Assembly (NCBI GenBank): GCA_964354805.1
Contig: CAYHBD010000022.1
Span: forward strand, 1 to 25,590
Source: an uncultured archaeon
GTDB taxonomy: Archaea > Iainarchaeota > Iainarchaeia > Iainarchaeales > GCA-2688035
DNA length: 25,590 bases
Direction of reading: 5' to 3'
Shown: one piece after another, positions 1 through 7,667 of the stretch
Layout of the letters: the number at the start of each line of letters is the position of its first letter
Position numbering within the stretch: the first letter of the stretch is position 1
Translations under genes and position numbers: made by a program
The notes under the pieces: model-generated
Database searches by the model: none
The model's input: only the letters and a program-made list of their open reading frames with translations
Told to the model about the DNA's origin: nothing

Positions 1-570
1 GGGGAAATGCTTGTGAGGAAAGCACTGCAAATTGCAAGGAAGGAGAATGCAGGGAATCTGGTTTTTGGGACAATCAAGAACGATTTAATGGTGTGCAGGG
101 AAGAGGAAACAGGGATAAAGGGCTTTGAGCTGGTTGAGCCATTGAAGGATTTTACAAAGGACCAGGTTATTGAAGCTGGAAAGCAGTTGGGTTTGCCCTC
201 TGAACTGTGGGAAAGGCAGCATTTTCCTGGCGTTGGCTTTGCTGTGAGAATTGAGGGAAAGGTTAACAGAAAAAAGCTTGCGCTCATAAGAGACATTAAC
301 GAAGTGGTTGAAAAAAAGGTAATGGAAATGGGCTTGCACAAAGGGCTGTGGGGTTATTTTCCCTTTCTGTTGCAGAACATTGTTGAGGGAAAGAATGTTT
401 TGGTTTTGAGAATTGTTGAATCAGGCTATGGCCTGATGGCTGAGATTCCGGAGATAAAGAAAAGTGAGCTGATTGAGTTGAGGGAAGAGATTTTCAGGCA
501 GAAGCCGGAGATTGGAAGGGTTTATTTTGATTTGACTCCAAAGCCTGTTTCATTGATTGAGCTGATGTGA
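1..570 (+). CDS. Divergent GMP synthase ATPPase/C-terminal-domain-like protein (5'-partial)
   Basis: Frame is open to the window edge. EPLKDFTKDQV..GKQLGLP..RQHFPGVGFAVRI and RVYFDLTPKPVSLIELM match the GuaA motifs EPLxxLxKDEVR..LGLP..RHPFPGPGLAVR and RVVYDITxKPPxTIEWE. The KxHHN and VGVxGDxRTY motifs are missing. Confidence 0.7.
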   Translation, partial: GEMLVRKALQIARKENAGNLVFGTIKNDLMVCREEETGIKGFELVEPLKDFTKDQVIEAGKQLGLPSELWERQHFPGVGFAVRIEGKVNRKKLALIRDINEVVEKKVMEMGLHKGLWGYFPFLLQNIVEGKNVLVLRIVESGYGLMAEIPEIKKSELIELREEIFRQKPEIGRVYFDLTPKPVSLIELM

Positions 571-571
571 A

Positions 572-1222
572 ATGGTTGGAATGAGGTTCTTTGAGTTGCC
601 TGAAGGGCTGCTTAACACGCAAATGGAGAAGGGCCCGGAAGAATTCAGGGAGTTCACGGAAAATGAAATGGGCTTGCTCAAGCGGAGTATTGGCAGGAAT
701 TCGGTTGTTCTGGATGTTGGATGCGGCTATGGGAAATATATTGCAGAATTATGTGGGAAGGCAAAGCAGGTTTTTGGAATTGATTCATCCAAGCCAATGA
801 TTGAAAAAGCAATGCAAGAATTGGGCAAAGAAAAGAACGTAAAGCTTTTTCTTGGCGATGCGGAAAAAATGCCGTTTGAAAACGATTTTTTTGATTTTGT
901 AATCTGCACGAGAAACACCTTTGGGAATTTTTTAAATCAGCAGAATGTTCTTGGTGAAATGCGAAGGGTTCTCAAGCCAGGTGGAAAAATGTTTATCGGG
1001 GTTTACTCGCAGAAAGCAAAGAAGCTGCAGCTTGGGTATTACAAGAAAAACAAAATGAGGATAACAAGGGAAACAGAGGACTGCGTTTTTGCTTTGCCTG
1101 ACTTTAAATCAGAAAGGTTTTCAAAAGAAAAGCTGCGCAGAATTTTCAGGGCGCAAAAATTGAAAGCAGAAATAATTCCCCTAAACAGAATTGCATTTGA
1201 ATGCACAGTAACAAAAAACTGA
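572..1222 (+). CDS. Class I SAM-dependent methyltransferase
   Basis: Motif I VLDVGCGYG, GID.S..MI, GDAEKMPF..FD, EMRRVLKPGG. Starts 1 nt after the upstream stop. Confidence 0.9.
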   Translation: MVGMRFFELPEGLLNTQMEKGPEEFREFTENEMGLLKRSIGRNSVVLDVGCGYGKYIAELCGKAKQVFGIDSSKPMIEKAMQELGKEKNVKLFLGDAEKMPFENDFFDFVICTRNTFGNFLNQQNVLGEMRRVLKPGGKMFIGVYSQKAKKLQLGYYKKNKMRITRETEDCVFALPDFKSERFSKEKLRRIFRAQKLKAEIIPLNRIAFECTVTKN

Positions 1223-1284
1223 AGCGATTTTTTTCGTCGGAACGTAAACAGTAGCGACCTTCCGCCTTGAGCTTTTGGCTTTGC

Positions 1285-1722
1285 TTATTTTCTTCTCGGC
1301 CCTATTTTTTGTGGGAATCTCAGGTGGCCTTTTCTTTTCCTTGCCCCAAGCCTTCTCCTGTAGTATCTTTCCATTTCTGTGGTTGTGCCCCAGCTGCTGA
1401 GGTCTGCTCTCTTGTTGGTTTTTCTCAAATCTGTTCTGATCAATTCCACCATCTTTGGGAATTTCAAGAGGCCGTTGGCTGCCTGCGAATGGACTACCCC
1501 AATTGGATAAAGGTTTTTGTTGTCGCCATGCTGGGGAATCTGGCAGCTGACAGCCAGAACCAGTTTGTTATCTTTTTTATTGTGCAGCCAGTAAACAAAG
1601 TAATCAGCCCCTGCTTCGGGCAAATCAATGCGAAAGCCCCTCACCATGGTTTTGAAAAGCTGAAAATTGCCCTCAACCAGGACAGGTTTTTTGCCTGCAA
1701 TTTCTTCATCTTCCGAAGCCAT
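1285..1722 (-). CDS. Hypothetical protein with Arg/Lys-rich C-terminal tail
   Basis: 145-aa ATG ORF filling the gap, protein-like composition, TTTTTAAT TATA-like box about 25 nt upstream. Confidence 0.6.
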   Translation of the reverse strand: MASEDEEIAGKKPVLVEGNFQLFKTMVRGFRIDLPEAGADYFVYWLHNKKDNKLVLAVSCQIPQHGDNKNLYPIGVVHSQAANGLLKFPKMVELIRTDLRKTNKRADLSSWGTTTEMERYYRRRLGARKRKGHLRFPQKIGPRRK

Positions 1723-1893
1723 AAAAAAAACTAGTGCTTTGAAATTAAAAAGGCTTGCTTTTCACGCTTGCGAAAGGCCGGCTTGGGCTTTGGCTTTGCC
1801 TTTTTGGTGGTTTAGGGGCAATCAGCGGAACAGTGCTCTTTGGAAAGGGTTTTAAAAAGGCGATTCCAATTATGTTTTTGGAAGTGGGTTTTT

Positions 1894-2445
1894 TTGGGGA
1901 ATTTTTATTTGGATATTGAGACAACAGGCCTTGATCCAAAGAGGGACAAGATTATTACCATTCAGTACCAGGAGCTTGACAGGCATACTGGCAGGGCAAT
2001 TGGAGAGCTTGTGATTCTAAAGGAGTGGGAACTGGGTGAAAAAGGCATTCTTGAAAAGTTCATTGGGGATTCAAAGATTGCGGGCAGCTATGACTTTGAC
2101 TTTATTCCAACAGGCTACAATCTGGGTTTTGAGCACAATTTCCTGAAGGAAAGGACTGCTGTCCACGGCCTGAACCAGCTTGACATTCTCACCAAGCCGT
2201 TCATTGACCTGAGGGCGTTTGGAATAATAATGAACAAGGGAGAGTTCAAGGGTAGCGGGTTGGACAAAATAACCGGAAAGGCAACAAGCGGAAAAGAAGT
2301 GCCTGCATGGTACCAAAACAGGGAATACGAAAGAATAATCCAATACATTGAAAACGAAACAAAATCATTCATAGAATTCAACGCCTGGCTATACAAAGAA
2401 ATGCCGGACTGCCTGCAAAAATTCAAAAAAGAAAACAAAATCTGA
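1894..2445 (+). CDS. RNase H-like DEDD 3'-5' exonuclease domain protein (YprB/PolB-exo-like)
   Basis: ExoI YLDIETTG, ExoII-like GYNLGFE, ExoIII-like QYIENE. Start moved to TTG 1894 (GAAGTGG upstream, TTTTAAAA near 1850). Confidence 0.8.
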   Translation: MGNFYLDIETTGLDPKRDKIITIQYQELDRHTGRAIGELVILKEWELGEKGILEKFIGDSKIAGSYDFDFIPTGYNLGFEHNFLKERTAVHGLNQLDILTKPFIDLRAFGIIMNKGEFKGSGLDKITGKATSGKEVPAWYQNREYERIIQYIENETKSFIEFNAWLYKEMPDCLQKFKKENKI

Positions 2446-2505
2446 TTCTCGGGAAAAAAAGCGTTTCCGAAAGAATAAAAAAGGGGTTTGGACTTTTATA
2501 AAAAA

Positions 2506-3006
2506 ATGAAGAAGATTTTTTTGTATGTTGCATTTGGCTTTGTTGCCTGGGTGTTGGCAGAATATGTTACTGTTTGGGCTGAGAGAGGCATCGCAGAGTG
2601 GGCCTCCTACATGCCCTGTATATTTGTGTTCTATATTGTCTACCCCCTGCTGTTCGCATTTTTGATATACGGGTATAAATGGGGCAACTTGCGGTTGTTT
2701 GCAGCAACCATTGCCGCTGGTTTTGTCCTTGAAATTGTGTTCTTTCAAAACTATGCCCTGGTGCAACTGCCAACCGCAACATACTACATCCCGGCGTTGA
2801 TCCTAATATACAGTTTTTTGACGTTTGCGCCCAAATTTGCGGTTTCAAAAGTAATGGCTCTCCCCCCCGAAACCATAAAATGGGGTTTTTGCGCGATAGG
2901 GCACGTCGAGCTTTATTTTGCTGCGATTATTCTTGTTTTTGGCGCTTTCTTGAAGCCTTTGTCTGCTGTTACAAAAGTTGTTCCTGTTTCCATTGCGCTT
3001 GAGTAA
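2506..3006 (+). CDS. Hypothetical integral membrane protein
   Basis: About 4 hydrophobic segments. ATG at 2506. The last 94 nt overlap the convergent PIN gene, so the true 3' end is doubtful. Confidence 0.65.
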   Translation: MKKIFLYVAFGFVAWVLAEYVTVWAERGIAEWASYMPCIFVFYIVYPLLFAFLIYGYKWGNLRLFAATIAAGFVLEIVFFQNYALVQLPTATYYIPALILIYSFLTFAPKFAVSKVMALPPETIKWGFCAIGHVELYFAAIILVFGAFLKPLSAVTKVVPVSIALE

Positions 3007-3302
3007 ATCAGGCTGTCTATTGTGTGAAGCCTGTATTTTTCACAGTTGCCAACTGCCGCCAGCGCAGCCTCTTTGCTCAGGCCAACGATTATGCTGTTGT
3101 CCCCAATGAGATTAATGGCCTGCCTTGCTTCCTCTTCATTGGTTCCGAACTTTTTCAGCCCTTTGAACACTTCGTGGATTGAGATAACTGAAGTGAAGAG
3201 AATGGTTTGCTCTGAATCCACAATTTCCCTTGTTTCCGGAATATTGCCCAAAAAGTAGCCAAGCCACACGCTGCTGTCAAGAAACAGCTTAAAACCTGTC
3301 AC
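2913..3302 (-). CDS. vapC: PIN-domain toxin (VapC family)
   Basis: FLDSSVW, SVISIHEV, LHTIDSLIYSSA, FVTADKGF PIN motifs. Start is GTG 3302 or 3311, overlapping the antitoxin end. Confidence 0.9.
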   Translation of the reverse strand: MTGFKLFLDSSVWLGYFLGNIPETREIVDSEQTILFTSVISIHEVFKGLKKFGTNEEEARQAINLIGDNSIIVGLSKEAALAAVGNCEKYRLHTIDSLIYSSAMETGTTFVTADKGFKKAPKTRIIAAK

Positions 3303-3498
3303 TCTTATCACGCAAGCCCTTTAGCATCTCACTCACAGAAACTGTTTTGCCCCTGGAAAGCTTTCCATACATTGATTTGGTTTTCTTCCTCAAAAGGTTC
3401 TGAATAACCTCGTCATAAGTCTTTGAATTAAAGCTCTTCTTCAGCTCATTCAGCAATTCCTTGGTTGGGGCCTCAATCTGGATAGTGCTGGTTTCCAT
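3289..3498 (-). CDS. vapB: Antitoxin (VapB-like, probable RHH fold)
   Basis: 69 aa with the STIQI..TKELLNELK..TYDEVI..LL pattern, directly upstream of and overlapping the PIN gene. GGTGA RBS. Confidence 0.8.
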   Translation of the reverse strand: METSTIQIEAPTKELLNELKKSFNSKTYDEVIQNLLRKKTKSMYGKLSRGKTVSVSEMLKGLRDKSDRF

Positions 3499-3511
3499 AA
3501 AATCACCAATA

Positions 3512-3546
3512 AACTATAGCGCTATAGTTATTAAAAAGGTTTTCGG
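3512..3546 (-). promoter_or_regulatory. vapBC promoter (BRE-TATA) plus palindromic operator
   Basis: Minus strand CCGAAAACCTTTTTAAT is followed immediately by the perfect 18-bp palindrome AACTATAGCGCTATAGTT (3512-3529). Confidence 0.7.
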
Positions 3547-3596
3547 AATGCGCTTCCGAAAGGGTAAAATAGGGGAATAGGCATTATTGTGAGCGT

Positions 3597-3824
3597 ATGA
3601 AAGGATTGAATTTAAGTGTTCTTTTGGCTGTGTGTGCAATAGTTTTACTGGCCCATGGCGGCTTGGTTGATTGCTGGGCAAACAACCCATTCACGCAGCA
3701 AAGGTTGTTTTCTGTTTTTTGTTTTGCCTTGAAATCAGTAATTTCTGCGGCCTTAATTCTGCTGGCGGTAATTTTGTTTTTGGCGAAAAAAAGGAAGGCA
3801 AAGAAAGCGCCTTCGAAACAATAA
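3597..3824 (+). CDS. Small membrane protein (2 TM, basic tail)
   Basis: 75 aa, two hydrophobic stretches and a KKRKAKK tail. Confidence 0.6.
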   Translation: MKGLNLSVLLAVCAIVLLAHGGLVDCWANNPFTQQRLFSVFCFALKSVISAALILLAVILFLAKKRKAKKAPSKQ

Positions 3825-3840
3825 AAAAAAGCGTTTTTTT
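3824..3840 (+). terminator. Probable terminator (A7-GCG-T7)
   Basis: A/T inverted repeat ending in T7, right after the stop codon. Confidence 0.35.
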
Positions 3841-3908
3841 GTCAGGGAAACCTTTTTATATTCCATTTGCATTTATAATTTAACATTAAACGAAAACGGT
3901 TGATTGCT

Positions 3909-4313
3909 GTGGGTTTCAAAAAGGAAGCTGGAAGTCAAGCTTGGGATATTGCTTCTCTTGAGCGCAAGGCGGATGAATTGGGCGCGGAGATTGTTGCCAT
4001 GAGGGCGAAAATCGTTGATATTGAATCAGCGCAGAGGAGAAAGATTGCCCAAAAGATTGAGCTGGAGGACGGCTTGAGCGCTCTGCTGAGGAGAAACCTG
4101 AGCGCGGAGAAGGCTATTTTGAGCAGGATTAAGACAGGCGCCAAATTGAAGGAAGAGCATTTGAGGGAAAAGATTGCTTCCTTGGAAAGAGTGAACAAGA
4201 TTTTTGAAGAGAAAAAGGAAAGGGTTTCCGCGGCAAAGAAAAGATATGCTGCATTGAAGAAACAGCTTGTTGCATTGGAAAAGCAGGCAGAGGGCCTGAG
4301 TAGCTATGAGTGA
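3909..4313 (+). CDS. Coiled-coil protein, paralog of the N-terminus of the next gene
   Basis: Heptad-rich helical sequence. Start is GTG 3909 or TTG 3900. TTTATA promoter box near 3854. Confidence 0.7.
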   Translation: MGFKKEAGSQAWDIASLERKADELGAEIVAMRAKIVDIESAQRRKIAQKIELEDGLSALLRRNLSAEKAILSRIKTGAKLKEEHLREKIASLERVNKIFEEKKERVSAAKKRYAALKKQLVALEKQAEGLSSYE

Positions 4314-4361
4314 AGGGGAAGGAAAAGAAATTAAGGAAAAAAGCAATTAGAGTGCATTGTT

Positions 4362-5852
4362 ATGGGCGACTTGGCAGATGAAGGAAAAGAGCTTAATGCA
4401 ATAAAGCAGAGGACAGATGCCCTTGGAAAAGAGATTCTGCAGATGGAGAACCAGGGCGCTGCGCTGATTAAAAAGGAAATTGCTTTGGAGGACAGGCTGG
4501 TTGCTGTTTTGGGGCAAATGCTTGAACTGGAGAAGGGAAAAATAGCTGATGCAAAGAGAAGCGGGGCAGCAAAGGAAGCGGCTTTGATGGGCAGGATAGC
4601 TTATTTGCAGAACAAGCAGCGCGAATTCGAGAAAAGAAAAGAGATGGTGAAACATTTAAAGGAAAAAAGCCTTGCAATAAAAGAGGAAATGGGCAATGCC
4701 GAGAGAAAAATGCGGGAGGAAATCGCTGAGCTGTACAGGATAAAAGAAATAAAAAAGAAGCACGCTGTTGAAAAAGAAGCGCAAAAGGCAGCCAAAGCAG
4801 CCGCTGAAAAAGCGGCCCAAATGGCAGCCGAAGCGGCTGCTGAAAAAGCGGTTAAGAAGGCAAAGGCTGCTGCGAAATTGAAGAAAGCAGTGCCTGCAAA
4901 GAAGCCTGCTGTGAAAGCGAAAAAAGCAAAGCCAAAAGCAAAGGCTGTTAAAAAAGCGCCGAAGAAGAAGGCGGTTAAGCGCGCAAAGCCGAAAAGGCTG
5001 GCTGCAGTAAGGAAAGCTGTTGTTAAAAAGCCTGTTAAAATAAAAAAGCCAAAAGCGAGGGTGCCGAAATTAAAGCTGGCAAAAAAGCCTGCTTTCCTTG
5101 AGGAACTGCCGGAAGCCGAGGAAGAAGAGGAAATGGAAGAGGAGGAAGCTGAAGCTGCAGAGGAAGAGGCTGTTGAGGAAGAAGCGCCGGCAGAAGAAGC
5201 AGCTGAGGAAGAGGAAGCGCCTGCTGAGGAAGAAGCGGTCGAGGAAGAAGAGCAAGTTGCAGAAGAACAGCCTGCTGAGGAGGAAGCTGTTGAGGAAGAA
5301 GCTCAGCCTGAAGAGGCTGCAGCTGAAGAGGAGCAAGCCGAAGAAGAGCCAAGCGCTTTGCTTGAAAGGGTTTTGGAAAAAGCAAAAGAAAAAGTAACTG
5401 AAGAGGAACCTGCTGCAGAGGCTGGGGCAAAAGAGCCAGGGGATTATGATTTCACTGAATTCAACAGCGTTGATGTTTCAATTTCCCATCCTGATTGGCC
5501 AGAGAAAAGCGGTGCGCCGTCAAATGCTTTGCTTAGCAGGGCTACAGGCAATTTTTCTTTTGATTTGCTGCAAATACCTGCCCAGGGAAGAAGCGTTGAT
5601 GACGTTGTTTCACAGGCAACTATTAAAATTGAGTCAAACATTGGCAGCAGGGTTTTGGAGAAAAAGAAAACAGGTGACAAGGCTTTCATTGTTTACAGCG
5701 AATCGCGCAGCGGCAGGGAGTTCCTGAACAAAGCAATCTTTGTTCTGCACCTGGACAAGATTTATAAGCTGGTTTTCAGCGCGCCAACAGAACAATTTGA
5801 CAAAATAAACGACATATTCTGGAAAGCGGCGAAGTCAATCAGTTTCAAATAA
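4362..5852 (+). CDS. Coiled-coil + Lys/Ala/Pro-rich (histone H1-like) + Glu/Ala-rich + C-terminal PsbP/DcrB-like domain protein
   Basis: Composition blocks are obvious. The C-terminus (SISHPDW...KIYKLVFSAPTEQFDKINDIFWKAAKSISFK) has a PsbP-fold-like pattern. Confidence 0.8.
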   Translation: MGDLADEGKELNAIKQRTDALGKEILQMENQGAALIKKEIALEDRLVAVLGQMLELEKGKIADAKRSGAAKEAALMGRIAYLQNKQREFEKRKEMVKHLKEKSLAIKEEMGNAERKMREEIAELYRIKEIKKKHAVEKEAQKAAKAAAEKAAQMAAEAAAEKAVKKAKAAAKLKKAVPAKKPAVKAKKAKPKAKAVKKAPKKKAVKRAKPKRLAAVRKAVVKKPVKIKKPKARVPKLKLAKKPAFLEELPEAEEEEEMEEEEAEAAEEEAVEEEAPAEEAAEEEEAPAEEEAVEEEEQVAEEQPAEEEAVEEEAQPEEAAAEEEQAEEEPSALLERVLEKAKEKVTEEEPAAEAGAKEPGDYDFTEFNSVDVSISHPDWPEKSGAPSNALLSRATGNFSFDLLQIPAQGRSVDDVVSQATIKIESNIGSRVLEKKKTGDKAFIVYSESRSGREFLNKAIFVLHLDKIYKLVFSAPTEQFDKINDIFWKAAKSISFK

Positions 5853-5891
5853 AAGCTGCAATTGCAGCTAATTCCTGATTTCATTCTTTCG

Positions 5892-6530
5892 CTATGTTTT
5901 ATGCACTTTTTCAAAGAAAACAAACAACGCAAGCGGCAGCAGCAATGCGCCTGCAATCAGCGCCAAAAAATAAATTGAAAAATCTGAACCAAGCCCAAAG
6001 CCAGTAGCCAGCTGCTGGAAATATTGCACAATGCCTGAAAGGAATGCAAATTGCATGAAGTAAGCGGCAATGAAAACAAACAGGAAACCGCCTGCAATAG
6101 CGGTTATTGCAGCAAAAACCCTGAAGCCAAGCCTTTCGGTAAATTTTTTCCTGAAAACAGTGCCCTGCTTTTGTGCTTTCAATCGCGCTATTTCTTCTCC
6201 AAGTTCTTTTGCTTTCCCTTTCCATTCACCAATCTGCTTTCTTTCTTCCTCCAGCTTTTTTCCCCTGCTTTCAATCGACTGCTGTTCAGCTTCGCCTGCA
6301 GGGCCTTCTTTTGCTACTGTTCTTTCAAAAGCAACATCAACCTTTTTCTGCTCCAACGCAATCCTTTCTTCCTCCTCCGAAATCAATTTGTTCGCTTGCG
6401 CCAGGCACTGGCTCTTGTAGTTAACCAAAAAATCAAAGTCTTCTCTTGCTCCAGGCTTCTTTTCAAGCCTTTCATCAACCTTTTTCGCTTCGCTGAAAAG
6501 GTCCCGCAATGCAGCACTCAATTCTCTCAT
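5892..6530 (-). CDS. Coiled-coil protein with two C-terminal TM helices
   Basis: Charged helical N-terminal region followed by two hydrophobic segments. ATG 6530 fits the promoter spacing. Confidence 0.75.
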   Translation of the reverse strand: MRELSAALRDLFSEAKKVDERLEKKPGAREDFDFLVNYKSQCLAQANKLISEEEERIALEQKKVDVAFERTVAKEGPAGEAEQQSIESRGKKLEEERKQIGEWKGKAKELGEEIARLKAQKQGTVFRKKFTERLGFRVFAAITAIAGGFLFVFIAAYFMQFAFLSGIVQYFQQLATGFGLGSDFSIYFLALIAGALLLPLALFVFFEKVHKT

Positions 6531-6667
6531 AAGCAAATAATAACAGCAAACAGGAATTTAATTGTTTTGGGTGCAGGGCATGTTTTCTGCAAATTAGGGC
6601 AGTGAAATGTTTTTTTTACGGATTTTATTTTTTCTGGGATGCATTGGTGCAATTGCTGCTACTCTTC

Positions 6668-7570
6668 TTATGCAAGAATTTCGTTAATCTTTGTCATAAC
6701 TGCTTTTCTGAATTGTTCGTGCGGAAGGTTCCTGCCGCTCTCAAGCAAACTTGTTATTTTCGCTCTCTTGATTCTGTCACTCACTCTTGGAACCATGTTT
6801 TTCATCCACCATTCTATTTCCTCTTTTGTGCGCCAGTCCTGAACAGGCCTAGCAAGAGTTTCCTTTATTTCAACAGTTTTTTCCTTTTTCGCTTCTGCCT
6901 CAGCAGGCTTTTTTGCTTTGGGTTTTTGGGCAGGTGCTTTCATGCTTTTGTAAAACTCTTTGAAGCGCTCTGCTTCCTTCCTTGTAACATAGTTTTTTCC
7001 GCCAACCTGAACTATTTTCAGGTTTTTGTATCGATAAAGAGAGTCTTTACCTAAACCAAGCTCTTTCGCAAGCTGCATAATGTGGATAACATACCCTTTT
7101 TCAAGCATTTTCGGAAGATTCTTCCTGTGCTTTGCCTCTGCAAGCATTTCTTCAACAAACTGCTTTGGGAAAAAAAACCTGTGCCTCTGGTGCCAAGCAT
7201 CCTGGGAAAGCCCCCCATTGGGAAGTTGTTCCCTGCCAGCGTAAATCCTTTCAAGTTTTTCTACAATGTCCCACTGGTGTACTGTCAGACCTTTCTTTTT
7301 TGCAATTCTGTAAATATCCTTTGATGTAAACATGCCCTTTGGCACAATGGCCTTTTTTGGGCATTCGGCAATAACCTGCATTAAATTATTTTCAGGAAAC
7401 ACAACACCCTTTTTCTTTCCAGGAAGTATGCTCCAGAAGCGGATTTTCCCTTCATGGGCATTGTCTGCAAGCACTTTCGGGTTAATATGAAGGCCCATTT
7501 TACTTGCCCTTTCAGCAACCTGCTTTGGCGTGAGAAACCCACTCGGCGCTTTCAACGGTTTTCCTGGCAT
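6668..7570 (-). CDS. Basic protein with about 3 MerR/excisionase-like HTH repeats
   Basis: FLTPKQVAERASKMGL, MFTSKDIYRIAKKKGL and IHIMQLAKELGLGKDSLYRY...VGGKNYVTRKEAERF units. Confidence 0.65.
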   Translation of the reverse strand: MPGKPLKAPSGFLTPKQVAERASKMGLHINPKVLADNAHEGKIRFWSILPGKKKGVVFPENNLMQVIAECPKKAIVPKGMFTSKDIYRIAKKKGLTVHQWDIVEKLERIYAGREQLPNGGLSQDAWHQRHRFFFPKQFVEEMLAEAKHRKNLPKMLEKGYVIHIMQLAKELGLGKDSLYRYKNLKIVQVGGKNYVTRKEAERFKEFYKSMKAPAQKPKAKKPAEAEAKKEKTVEIKETLARPVQDWRTKEEIEWWMKNMVPRVSDRIKRAKITSLLESGRNLPHEQFRKAVMTKINEILA

Positions 7571-7634
7571 ACTATAAGTATTTCAAAAGCGGAAGAATTT
7601 AATTGTTTCCCTCTGGCAAGCTGCCTCAATTGCC

Positions 7635-7642
7635 TTTTTAAA
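7635..7642 (+). promoter_or_regulatory. TATA box of purF (likely leaderless mRNA)
   Basis: TTTTTAAA ends 25 nt before ATG 7668, and there is no RBS. Confidence 0.55.
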
Positions 7643-7667
7643 CCCTAATTTGTTCTGATTCTTTTGT

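Noticed and set aside
1238-3561. Family of (T)CGGAA...TTCCG(A) hairpins at 1238, 2449 and 3541
   Set aside because: Arms are short with variable spacers, and two are explained by CCGAAA BRE elements of adjacent promoters.
572-3840. Integron-like cassette array with attC sites
   Set aside because: No RYYYAAC...GTTRRRY cores, mixed gene orientation, and no integrase in the window.
4333-4343. Programmed -1 frameshift at A6G
   Set aside because: The heptamer is not in the A-AAA-AAG register relative to the upstream mini-ORF.
5100-5350. Repetitive GAGGAAGAAGC DNA as a CRISPR or tandem array
   Set aside because: It is in-frame coding sequence for the Glu/Ala tract and has no repeat-spacer structure.
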